The notes beneath the pieces were generated by a model. That model searched no databases, was not told the origin of the DNA, and worked only from the letters and a program-made list of their open reading frames with translations. Shown piece by piece: positions 1-6,529 of a stretch of DNA of 13,742 nt (the first letter of the stretch is position 1; the number at the start of each line of letters is the position of its first letter). The translations under genes were made by a program, and so were the position numbers. Source of the DNA: an uncultured archaeon (GTDB lineage: Archaea > Iainarchaeota > Iainarchaeia > Iainarchaeales > DTGL01); assembly GCA_964551725.1 (NCBI GenBank), contig CAZKED010000027.1, positions 1-13,742 on the forward strand, written 5' to 3'.

Positions 1-3
1 TAT

Positions 4-276
4 GTGTTAAAGCAGGTTCAGAAATTGAAGCATTCTCCCACCCTTAACACTGTTTTAATGGTTGAGGATGCCCTTAAGAGCATGGATGAGAGCGTTGTTT
101 CCGTGGCTGAATTGAAGAGAAAGCTGCCTAAACAGGTTAACCATTACACTTTGATGGCTATCCTCGAGTACCTGGAGGAAAGCAACAAGATTGCCGTTAC
201 ACTGAAAGGCATTACATGGATTCACAATTCCAATCCTAAGCTGAGGGAAGCGATTGCAAAGGGCCTGCGCCTATGA
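4..276 (+). CDS. Small winged-helix protein, putative antitoxin (copy 1)
   Basis: 90 aa with a wHTH-like pattern (SVAELKRKL...LMAILEYLEESNKI...GITW). Its stop overlaps the next start (ATGA). A paralog lies at 3415-3687. Confidence 0.7.
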   Translation: MLKQVQKLKHSPTLNTVLMVEDALKSMDESVVSVAELKRKLPKQVNHYTLMAILEYLEESNKIAVTLKGITWIHNSNPKLREAIAKGLRL

Positions 277-626
277 AAAGGGTGGAAGTTGTTTTGTCGG
301 ACGAGGCCGAGGAAGTCTACAATTACCTGAACAGGGAATCTCCAAACTCCAATGTTGAAAGGGGAATTCTGAGAGCGGTGGACAAAAAGGTTGAACTGAT
401 TAAGGCGAACCCGCATTACGGAAACCCCATTGCAAAAAAGCTCATTCCCAAGGAATACAAGGAAAAGTACGGCATAACCAACCTTTTCAGGGTGGAACTG
501 CCGAACAGATGGAGAATGCTTTACTCTTTGACCGACAGCGAAACAAAAATTGAAATAATTGCATTCGTTCTCGATTTGATTGACCACCCGACCTACAGCA
601 AAAAATTCGGGTATAAGAAAAGGTAA
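273..626 (+). CDS. RelE/ParE-like putative toxin (copy 1)
   Basis: 117 aa with RelE-fold-like motifs (VVLSDEAEE...NPHYG...LFRVELPNRWRMLYSL...HPTY). Translationally coupled to the upstream gene. Confidence 0.65.
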   Translation: MKRVEVVLSDEAEEVYNYLNRESPNSNVERGILRAVDKKVELIKANPHYGNPIAKKLIPKEYKEKYGITNLFRVELPNRWRMLYSLTDSETKIEIIAFVLDLIDHPTYSKKFGYKKR

Positions 627-674
627 GCGTTTGGAAACCCAACCCTTTCCCTTTGCCCTGGTTTGAAGGGCGGA
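627..674 (+). repeat. B box copy 1 (48 bp)
   Basis: gcgtttggaaacccaaccctttccctttgccctggtttgaagggcgga begins right after the toxin stop. It matches 1336-1383 and 4806-4850. Confidence 0.9.
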
Positions 675-683
675 TCGGAAAGC

Positions 684-720
684 GCAAGGTATAAATACTT
701 TTATTATAATAAATTATAAT
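684..720 (+). promoter_or_regulatory. BRE/TATA promoter and likely autoregulatory operator of vapBC
   Basis: gcaagg-tataaata (684-697) is followed by the 14-bp palindrome tttattataataaa (700-713) and tandem attataat (703-710, 713-720). An SD-like ggtggt lies at 721-726. Confidence 0.6.
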
Positions 721-731
721 GGTGGTTTGTT

Positions 732-938
732 ATGGAAGTTTTTGAAAGCAAGGTGAGGCAGGTTGGCACTTCTTTCGGCGTTCTCATTCCAAAGGAAGTG
801 GTGGTTTCCGACAGAATAAAGGAGAACCAGATGGTAAAGGTTGCTATTTTGAAGAAAGACGTGGATTTACTGGAGCAGAGTTTCGGTTCTGTTAAAACCA
901 AGCCCTTTAAAAGGGAGCACAGGGACAGGGCGGTTTGA
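732..938 (+). CDS. vapB: AbrB/MazE/SpoVT-family antitoxin
   Basis: N-terminal KVRQVGTSFGVLIPKEV...IKENQMVKV swapped-hairpin motif; lies directly upstream of a PIN gene. Confidence 0.85.
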   Translation: MEVFESKVRQVGTSFGVLIPKEVVVSDRIKENQMVKVAILKKDVDLLEQSFGSVKTKPFKREHRDRAV

Positions 939-939
939 A

Positions 940-1308
940 TTGCTTGTTGACACTTTTGCCTGGGTTGAATTCTTCAACGGAACCAGTAAGGGGACAAAAG
1001 TAAAGCGCATCCTTGGGAAAAATGCCTGTTTTACCAGTGCTATTTGCCTGGCCGAGTTGAGCGAGTGGATTGAGAGGGAAAAACTGGACAGGAGAAAAAT
1101 AATGAATGCTGTAAAGCGTCTTTCTTCGATAATTGGTTTGGATGAACTCACTCTGGAACTGGCGGGCATTCTCAAGGTTAAAAAGAGGAAAAAAGTGAAG
1201 GGATTTGGCTTAATTGATGCAATTATTCTTGCAACTGCTAAAATTTACGGGCTCAAGGTAATAACAGGGGATAAGCATTTCAGGGGAGAGAACGCATTGC
1301 TGCTTTAA
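940..1308 (+). CDS. vapC: PIN-domain toxin
   Basis: Conserved PIN acidic residues in LVDTFAWVE, LAEL, GLIDAIILATA and ITGDKHF. Confidence 0.92.
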   Translation: MLVDTFAWVEFFNGTSKGTKVKRILGKNACFTSAICLAELSEWIEREKLDRRKIMNAVKRLSSIIGLDELTLELAGILKVKKRKKVKGFGLIDAIILATAKIYGLKVITGDKHFRGENALLL

Positions 1309-1335
1309 TGCGCAGAAGCGCATTTGAACGAGACA

Positions 1336-1480
1336 GCGTTTGAAAACCCAACTCTTTTCCTTTGCTGTGGTTTGAAGGGCGGAACCCGCTTTGCGCATAA
1401 AGTAAACCCTGCACATAAAACCCCTCTTCTGCACAAAAAAGGGGTTTGGAATCCTAATTTTTAACCCTTTAATGTGCAAA
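1336..1480 (+). repeat. Complete composite site: B box, TGC(A/G)CAwAAA direct repeats and palindrome P
   Basis: B at 1336-1383; direct repeats start at 1392, 1410 and 1430; P at 1430-1478 (tgcaca-aaaaaggggtt-tggaatcctaattttt-aaccctttaa-tgtgca). Confidence 0.9.
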
Positions 1481-1492
1481 GTCACGGCCGGC

Positions 1493-2472
1493 AGCTCTGT
1501 AGAAATCCTTTATAAATAGTGATAAATAGGAGTTTTGCACTCCTATTTATCGGTGAATCACTATGAGTGTATTGTATCCTGTTAAACTTAATACTTTCTA
1601 TTCCCTGGTTGAACGGCTTTGCGTGCTTGCTGGTGTGAAAAACACTAACTCGTGGTTTTCTAAGAAGATGTATGGCAACATCAGGCTTGCTTTCTTGGTT
1701 TGTTACAAGGAGAAACTCAACGTATCCTATCGCAGGTTTGTTGAAATATGCAGGGAAAACAACGTTCAACGTATGCTGTGCATAAAGCGCATACCACACT
1801 TCACTACCTTGCAGAAGTTTGTGCAACGCACTCCTAAAGCGTTGTTTGAGAGACTGGTTAGAGCGTGCGCGAAACTCCTTGGTCTCAAAGGCGTGGAGGC
1901 CTGTGTTGATGGCACGGGTTTCAGCAACACTAATCCCCCGCATTACTATTCCAAAATAGTTGATGGCAAAACAGCTAAAAACTATACTAAAACAGTGTTT
2001 TTAACAGATAACAAGACAAAGCTGATACTCAACCTGCGCACCAATTCTGATAACAGGCATGAAAACCCAGACTTTATTCCGTTGGTGAAAGAGTTGTTTC
2101 GCGTGCTCAAAACCGTGTTGGCAGACAAAGCATACGACTCCATGAAAAACAGGAGGTTCTGTCAAGACAACAGCATAAGCGTGCAGATACCATTCCGCAA
2201 ACTCTCACAATCCAGACACCAAGAGTTCAACCCACAATCCAGAAGACAACGTTTGGAACAACAGTTTGACGAGGCAGCATACAGTCGCAGAAGCCTGATT
2301 GAAAGCGTTAACTCAGCCATAAAACGCACTCTCGGCGCATACGTCTGCTCTCGCAGAGCAGACAACCAGCAGAAACAGGTAACAATCAAAGCCATCAGCT
2401 ACAACATCGAGCACATAGGCAGAACCATAAAACTGCGGCTGTTTATATACTGCTAAGGATTTCTACACCGCC
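1493..2472 (+). mobile_element. IS5-family insertion sequence (~980 bp)
   Basis: TIRs agctctgtagaaatcctt (1493-1510) and aaggatttctacaccgcc (2455-2472) are 15/18 complementary. Target duplication acggccggc at 1484-1492 and 2473-2481 (10 bp if the flanking c is counted). Confidence 0.92.
1563..2456 (+). CDS. IS5-family DDE transposase
   Basis: DDE motifs VDGTG, ADKAYDS and YxxRxxxExxxxxxK (YSRRSLIESVNSAIK). SD ggtga upstream; the stop codon overlaps the right TIR. Confidence 0.93.
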   Translation: MSVLYPVKLNTFYSLVERLCVLAGVKNTNSWFSKKMYGNIRLAFLVCYKEKLNVSYRRFVEICRENNVQRMLCIKRIPHFTTLQKFVQRTPKALFERLVRACAKLLGLKGVEACVDGTGFSNTNPPHYYSKIVDGKTAKNYTKTVFLTDNKTKLILNLRTNSDNRHENPDFIPLVKELFRVLKTVLADKAYDSMKNRRFCQDNSISVQIPFRKLSQSRHQEFNPQSRRQRLEQQFDEAAYSRRSLIESVNSAIKRTLGAYVCSRRADNQQKQVTIKAISYNIEHIGRTIKLRLFIYC

Positions 2473-2480
2473 ACGGCCGG

Positions 2481-2495
2481 CGAAAGGTATTTAAA
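2481..2495 (+). promoter_or_regulatory. BRE/TATA promoter of the NYN module
   Basis: cgaaaggtatttaaa, identical to 5923-5937. Confidence 0.7.
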
Positions 2496-2525
2496 CATAA
2501 AAATAGTATAATATCGTATTGCGTC

Positions 2526-2562
2526 CCCGAGGTTGCTTCGGCAAACTCGGGCTTTTCTATTT
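2526..2562 (+). terminator. cUUCGg-capped leader hairpin with U-rich tail upstream of the NYN gene
   Basis: cccgag-g-ttgc-TTCG-gcaa-a-ctcggg (2526-2551) followed by cttttctattt. Confidence 0.55.
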
Positions 2563-3192
2563 ATGTTGCTTAAGAAGAGTTGGCTGTTTATTGACAGTTC
2601 AAACGCATATCACGGCCTAAAGGAAAACAGGCTGTATGACTATTTCTCTTACAAGTGGCTTTTCGAAGAGCTTTCAAAAAAGTTTGAGATTCAAAAAGTG
2701 TTCTTTTACGACGCGATGAAAAGCATTAGGATTGAGCCTGAGCAGTACTCGGAGCAGCAGAAGTTCCATGAGAGGCTGAGAAAGGAGATTCCGCGGATTT
2801 CAATCAAGACCAGAAAGTTGAAGTACCCGAATACCGGCAGGAGAGTGGAAATAGCCAGGAAGGATTGCGCTTTTTGCCCCAAGTGTGACAAAAAGATTGA
2901 AACATTTTTGAAAAAAGCCGGATTGCGCAAGCTTTCAAAAGAAAAGGGCGTGGATGTAATGTTGGTTGTGGACATGATACGCGGAGCTTACCAGAAAAAA
3001 TACGAAACCGTGCTTTTGCTTTCGGGGGATGCTGATTTCATTCCAGCAGTGGAATTGGTTCAGTTTTTGGGAAAAGAAGTTGTAAACATACACTGTTATG
3101 CGGGCAGTTCCGGAGAGCTCAGAAACAAGTGCGATTCCCACCTGCTGATAACCGCGGATGTCAAAGGGGGCTGTTTCATTAAAACCTATTAA
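2563..3192 (+). CDS. NYN-domain (LabA/DUF88, PIN-like) putative ribonuclease
   Basis: Motifs FIDSSN, FFYDA, KEKGVDVMLVVDM, LLSGDADFIPAVE and LRNKCD, plus a CAFCPKC insertion. ATG 2563 is preferred over TTG 2533, which lies inside the hairpin. Confidence 0.9.
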   Translation: MLLKKSWLFIDSSNAYHGLKENRLYDYFSYKWLFEELSKKFEIQKVFFYDAMKSIRIEPEQYSEQQKFHERLRKEIPRISIKTRKLKYPNTGRRVEIARKDCAFCPKCDKKIETFLKKAGLRKLSKEKGVDVMLVVDMIRGAYQKKYETVLLLSGDADFIPAVELVQFLGKEVVNIHCYAGSSGELRNKCDSHLLITADVKGGCFIKTY

Positions 3193-3223
3193 TCCGCCCG
3201 CAAAGCTTTTTAGCCGGTCAATC

Positions 3224-3290
3224 TGCACAAAAAGGGGGTTTGGAATCCTAATTTTTAACCCCTTAATGTGCAAACACTGCGAAACCGAAA
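3224..3290 (+). repeat. Palindrome P copy 2 plus downstream extension
   Basis: P at 3224-3272 followed by aacactgcgaaaccgaaa; near-identical to 5862-5927. Confidence 0.92.
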
Positions 3291-3414
3291 AATATACAAG
3301 AATTTTATTTATTTTCAGGGAATTGTTATATATGAGTTGCTGGACAGGAGTGCAAGCAATTTATATTCTTTTTGGTAAATATTATTTATTAGTTAATAAC
3401 TTTTGGTGATTTTT

Positions 3415-3687
3415 GTGTTAGAGCAGGTTCAGAAATTTAGGCATTCCCCCACCCTTAACACTGTTTTAATGGTTGAGGGTGCCCTTAAGAATATGGATGA
3501 GAGCGTTGTTTCCGTGGCTGAATTGAAGAGAAAGCTGCCGAAGCAGGTAAACCATTACACTTTGATGGCTGTCCTTGAGTATCTGGAGGAAAGCAACAAG
3601 ATTGCCGTTTCTCTTAAGGGCATTACGTGGATTCACAATTCCAACCCTAAGTTGAGGGAAGCTATTGTAAAGGGTTTGCGCCTATGA
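3415..3687 (+). CDS. Small winged-helix protein, putative antitoxin (copy 2)
   Basis: 82/90 aa identical to copy 1 by manual comparison. GTG 3415 follows SD ggtgat (3405-3410) and aligns with the start of copy 1. Confidence 0.7.
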   Translation: MLEQVQKFRHSPTLNTVLMVEGALKNMDESVVSVAELKRKLPKQVNHYTLMAVLEYLEESNKIAVSLKGITWIHNSNPKLREAIVKGLRL

Positions 3688-4037
3688 AAAGGATTGAAGT
3701 TGTTTTGTCGGATGAGGCTGAGGAAGTCTATAATTACCTTAACAGGGAAGCGCCAAACTCCAAGATTGAGTGGGGCATTTTGAGAGCGGTGGACAAAAAG
3801 GTTGAACTTATTAAGGCGAACCCGCATTACGGAAACCCCATTGCAAAAAAGCTCATCCCCAAAGAGTACAGGGAAAAGTACGGCGTAACCAACCTTTTCA
3901 GGGTGGAACTGCCAAACAGGTGGAGAATGCTTTACTCGCTCACAGCAGGCGAAACAATGGTTGAAATAATTGCCTTTGTTCTCGATTTAATCGACCACCC
4001 GGCCTACAACAAAAAATTCGGATACAGAAAAAGGTAG
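3684..4037 (+). CDS. RelE/ParE-like putative toxin (copy 2)
   Basis: 103/117 aa identical to copy 1 by manual comparison, with the same ATGA overlap. Confidence 0.65.
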   Translation: MKRIEVVLSDEAEEVYNYLNREAPNSKIEWGILRAVDKKVELIKANPHYGNPIAKKLIPKEYREKYGVTNLFRVELPNRWRMLYSLTAGETMVEIIAFVLDLIDHPAYNKKFGYRKR

Positions 4038-4107
4038 CGTGTGCGAGGCTTTTTTTGGCAAATCCATAATGCGAAAGCATTAAATTCACCGAATGCTTAT
4101 TTTTTTG

Positions 4108-4743
4108 ATGGCATTAAAGATTCTTGGGAGAAGACCGCCTAACGCAAAAGATGTCCTGCACGACCCGAGTGCTTGGGGAATTGTCCTCGCAAACCTTTCT
4201 TTTCTTGCAATGGCTTTGTTTTTTGAATGGGATTTTTCTGTCATAATTTATACTTTTTTAATGCAAAGCGTTGTACTATGGTTTTTTCTTTCACTGAAAC
4301 TATTCAACGCAAAAAGGGAAGACGCGTTCGAATTGTATGTGCTGGGAGAAAGGAAGCATGTCGGCAGAATTCCCTCGCTTGCATTGAACCTTTTCTTTGG
4401 CGTAGTATTTCACTACATTTACTTTCTCGTCCTGGTTATGTTTTTTTCGGTTGTTCCTCCAGTCCAAGACCTTTTGGTTGGGGCCTTCCCATTCCTTGCC
4501 GCGCACTCCTATTCCTTTGCATTTCACAAAAATCACGCTTCAAGCAAAAACATTGTGTCTATGCAGGGCATGCTCAGCAAGAGGCTTGTTCCACTGCACT
4601 TGTTCCTCACGCTGGGCGTTTTCTTAATGGGCAAGGCGGGCTTTGCTAGCACTGCTGGCAGGGCTGGCCTCACGCTGTTCCTGTTAATCAAAACCTTTGT
4701 TGACACCTACTTTCACGCAACCGAGCACAAAAGAGGCAAATAA
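4108..4743 (+). CDS. DUF6498-like multi-pass membrane protein
   Basis: Several TM segments and motifs ANL...FFEWD, FHY, RLVPLH and KTFVDTYFH. ATG 4108 fits a leaderless start after cgaaagcattaaat (4072-4085); the alternative start is 4093. Confidence 0.7.
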   Translation: MALKILGRRPPNAKDVLHDPSAWGIVLANLSFLAMALFFEWDFSVIIYTFLMQSVVLWFFLSLKLFNAKREDAFELYVLGERKHVGRIPSLALNLFFGVVFHYIYFLVLVMFFSVVPPVQDLLVGAFPFLAAHSYSFAFHKNHASSKNIVSMQGMLSKRLVPLHLFLTLGVFLMGKAGFASTAGRAGLTLFLLIKTFVDTYFHATEHKRGK

Positions 4744-4805
4744 CCAATTCCCGGCTGAAAAATCAGCGCCCCTGGCTTTCAGGTCAGTGAAAGTAGGATG
4801 CAGTT

Positions 4806-4932
4806 GTTTGAAAACCCACCCCTTTTCCTTGCGCTGGTTTGAAGGGCGGAACCTGCTTTGCGCATAAAGTAAACCCTGCACATAAAACCCCGAATTTGCA
4901 CAAAAAGGTGTCAAATGCACAAAAAGGGGTTT
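4806..4932 (+). repeat. B box copy 3, direct repeats and the left half of P
   Basis: B at 4806-4850. 4851-4891 matches 1384-1424 at 40/41 nt. TGC(A/G)CAwAAA units start at 4859, 4877, 4897 and 4916. The P match breaks off after ggggttt (4932). Confidence 0.9.
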
Positions 4933-4985
4933 CGGAAATCTGAAGATACGAAACAATTAAATTCCCCTTTTCCCACTTATTATTT

Positions 4986-5861
4986 ATGGAAGAAGACGAA
5001 GAATTTGCTCGCGCAAAGGATCGCGGCTATGTTGCGAGGGCAAGAAAAATCGCTGAAACAACAATTAATGGCAAAAGAGTTGTTGTTGAAGAACTAATTT
5101 CTTGGTATGGGGATTTTGCCGTAGAAATACAAGCAAGAGAAGTTGGAACTCAAAGATTAGTGGCTTATGCAGGACTGAACGTCAGACACGGTTTGGATGA
5201 GGTGAGGCCTGATTTTATGGAATTGAGGCAAATCAAAGTAATGCCTGGTTTCAGAGAAGGAGGTTTTGGAAATTCCTTTCTTGCATTGGTCGATCATTTT
5301 GCCGCAAAAGAAAACGTTCCATTGGTTCTTGAAGTTGAACCAACATCTGAGAAACCAATGGACAGAGAAAAACTAGCTGAATGGTATAAAAGACATGGTT
5401 ATAGGGAATTCACACCTAAGGAAATAGAACATTATGCCCAACTAGAGTCAATGAAACACATTGATGGCAGTTTGATACGTGAAGGATTTGAACGCAGTAC
5501 TGGAGGGTTGACAGGAAGGTACCGACATTTCAGAGAGGAAATTGAAGAAGAAGATGTAAGGGCATTGGCTGAACTTCCTGAAGCAGAAAGAATTAGAATG
5601 TACAAAGAAAGGCTTATTGAAAGATACGGAACTGATCGAGCATATGCATCAAATTTACGCGTATACCGCGAAGGCGTCGCAAGTCATTTGATAAGAGAGC
5701 CGCATGTCCCAGTTAACCAACGACTTCTAACCAGATTTGCTTTCGCAAAAAGATACAGATTCACCGACAGACACAGACTGAGGACAACCTGGAACGCAAT
5801 TCACGCGTCTGGAAAAGAACCCCGAAAAAGACCAGAAGTGCACCACCGACCCCGAATTTAA
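4986..5861 (+). CDS. GNAT-family acetyltransferase with long C-terminal extension
   Basis: IKVMPGFREGGFGNSFL (acetyl-CoA motif A) and WYKRHGY (motif B). It has its own promoter-like cgaaacaattaaat at 4949-4962. Confidence 0.75.
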   Translation: MEEDEEFARAKDRGYVARARKIAETTINGKRVVVEELISWYGDFAVEIQAREVGTQRLVAYAGLNVRHGLDEVRPDFMELRQIKVMPGFREGGFGNSFLALVDHFAAKENVPLVLEVEPTSEKPMDREKLAEWYKRHGYREFTPKEIEHYAQLESMKHIDGSLIREGFERSTGGLTGRYRHFREEIEEEDVRALAELPEAERIRMYKERLIERYGTDRAYASNLRVYREGVASHLIREPHVPVNQRLLTRFAFAKRYRFTDRHRLRTTWNAIHASGKEPRKRPEVHHRPRI

Positions 5862-5927
5862 TGCACAAAAAGGGGTTTGGAATCCTAATTTTTAACCCCT
5901 TAATGTGCAAACACTGCAAAACCGAAA
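5862..5927 (+). repeat. Palindrome P copy 3 plus extension; right boundary of the array
   Basis: tgcaca-aa-aaggggtt-N16-aacccctt-aa-tgtgca (5862-5909) starts immediately after the GNAT stop codon. Confidence 0.92.
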
Positions 5928-5979
5928 GGTATTTAAATGTCATGATACAATCATGATACTACATGAGGGGTCATGATTC
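5923..5979 (+). promoter_or_regulatory. BRE/TATA promoter with phased TCATGA boxes
   Basis: cgaaaggtatttaaa at 5923-5937; tcatgatac at 5940 and 5951, acatga at 5961, tcatgattc at 5971. Confidence 0.65.
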
Positions 5980-6454
5980 TGTCAAGCGTAGTGACACGAG
6001 TGTGGACGACGTCATCGAAAAACTGAGTCCGGAGTTCGCACAGCATACCGACGATGTAAGGGAAATAGCAAAGCATGCAAATGATCCAATGTTCCTGTCC
6101 CTGCTCTTGTTCGCACTGGCGAAAGAGCGCGAGAAAACGAACGGGCTGCTGGACGAAATAAACCAGCGCCTGGCGAGACTGGAAATTGACGAGGGAAGGG
6201 AAAGGAAAAGAATTCAGCCTCTCATGGGAGAAGCCGGAACCCGAGAGAATGAAATGGAAATTTTGGCGGAACAGGACCAGAAAATAATGGATTTCATTGA
6301 AACCCGCGGAATGGCTTCAGCAAAAGAAGTAATGGAGGTATTATCCTACAAAGGCCAGAATGCCGCATCCCAACGCTTAAACAAACTATACAGGGAAGGG
6401 CACTTGAGGAAGGTCAGGGCAGGAAGAAAGGTAATGTACTTGGCAAAGAAGTGA
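5963..6454 (+). CDS. Coiled-coil plus C-terminal winged-helix DNA-binding protein
   Basis: C-terminal DQKIMDFIETRGMASAKEVMEVL...AASQRLNKLYREGHLRKVRAGRKVMY fits a wHTH fold. Confidence 0.8.
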   Translation: MRGHDSVKRSDTSVDDVIEKLSPEFAQHTDDVREIAKHANDPMFLSLLLFALAKEREKTNGLLDEINQRLARLEIDEGRERKRIQPLMGEAGTRENEMEILAEQDQKIMDFIETRGMASAKEVMEVLSYKGQNAASQRLNKLYREGHLRKVRAGRKVMYLAKK

Positions 6455-6477
6455 AGCCTCTTTGCTCTCAACACTTG

Positions 6478-6529
6478 CCGTTAAGATCCCAACCACCCTT
6501 CTTATTTCCCTCTTAACGGTGCCTTTTTT
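6478..6529 (+). terminator. Hairpin plus T tract between convergent genes
   Basis: ccgttaaga (6478-6486) pairs with tcttaacgg (6511-6519), followed by tgcctttttt. Confidence 0.45.

Noticed and set aside
1430-1478. Archaeal replication origin (ORB G-strings pointing inward) or XerA dif site
   Set aside because: There is no TCCA..GAAAC ORB core, no cdc6 gene and no long AT-rich unwinding element. The 16-16-16 geometry does not match the 11-6-11 of dif.
636-1480. Canonical integron attC (ACCCAAC in B matches RYYYAAC)
   Set aside because: I found no complementary GTTRRRY R' box or L boxes downstream, the third B copy reads ACCCACC, and P has GTT before AAC, the reverse of attC.
4-4037. Assembly artefact explaining the duplicated TA pair
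   Set aside because: The copies differ at many positions, including synonymous sites, and have different flanks.
627-5909. CRISPR array, suggested by GTTTGAA-containing repeats
   Set aside because: The repeats are separated by whole genes (0.7-3.5 kb) rather than 30-45-nt spacers, and no cas genes are present.
1210-5943. Three minus-strand ORFs sharing HIKGLKIRIPNP (1210-1485, 2935-3273, 5761-5943)
   Set aside because: These are translations of palindrome P running antisense into real genes; they share nothing beyond the repeat.
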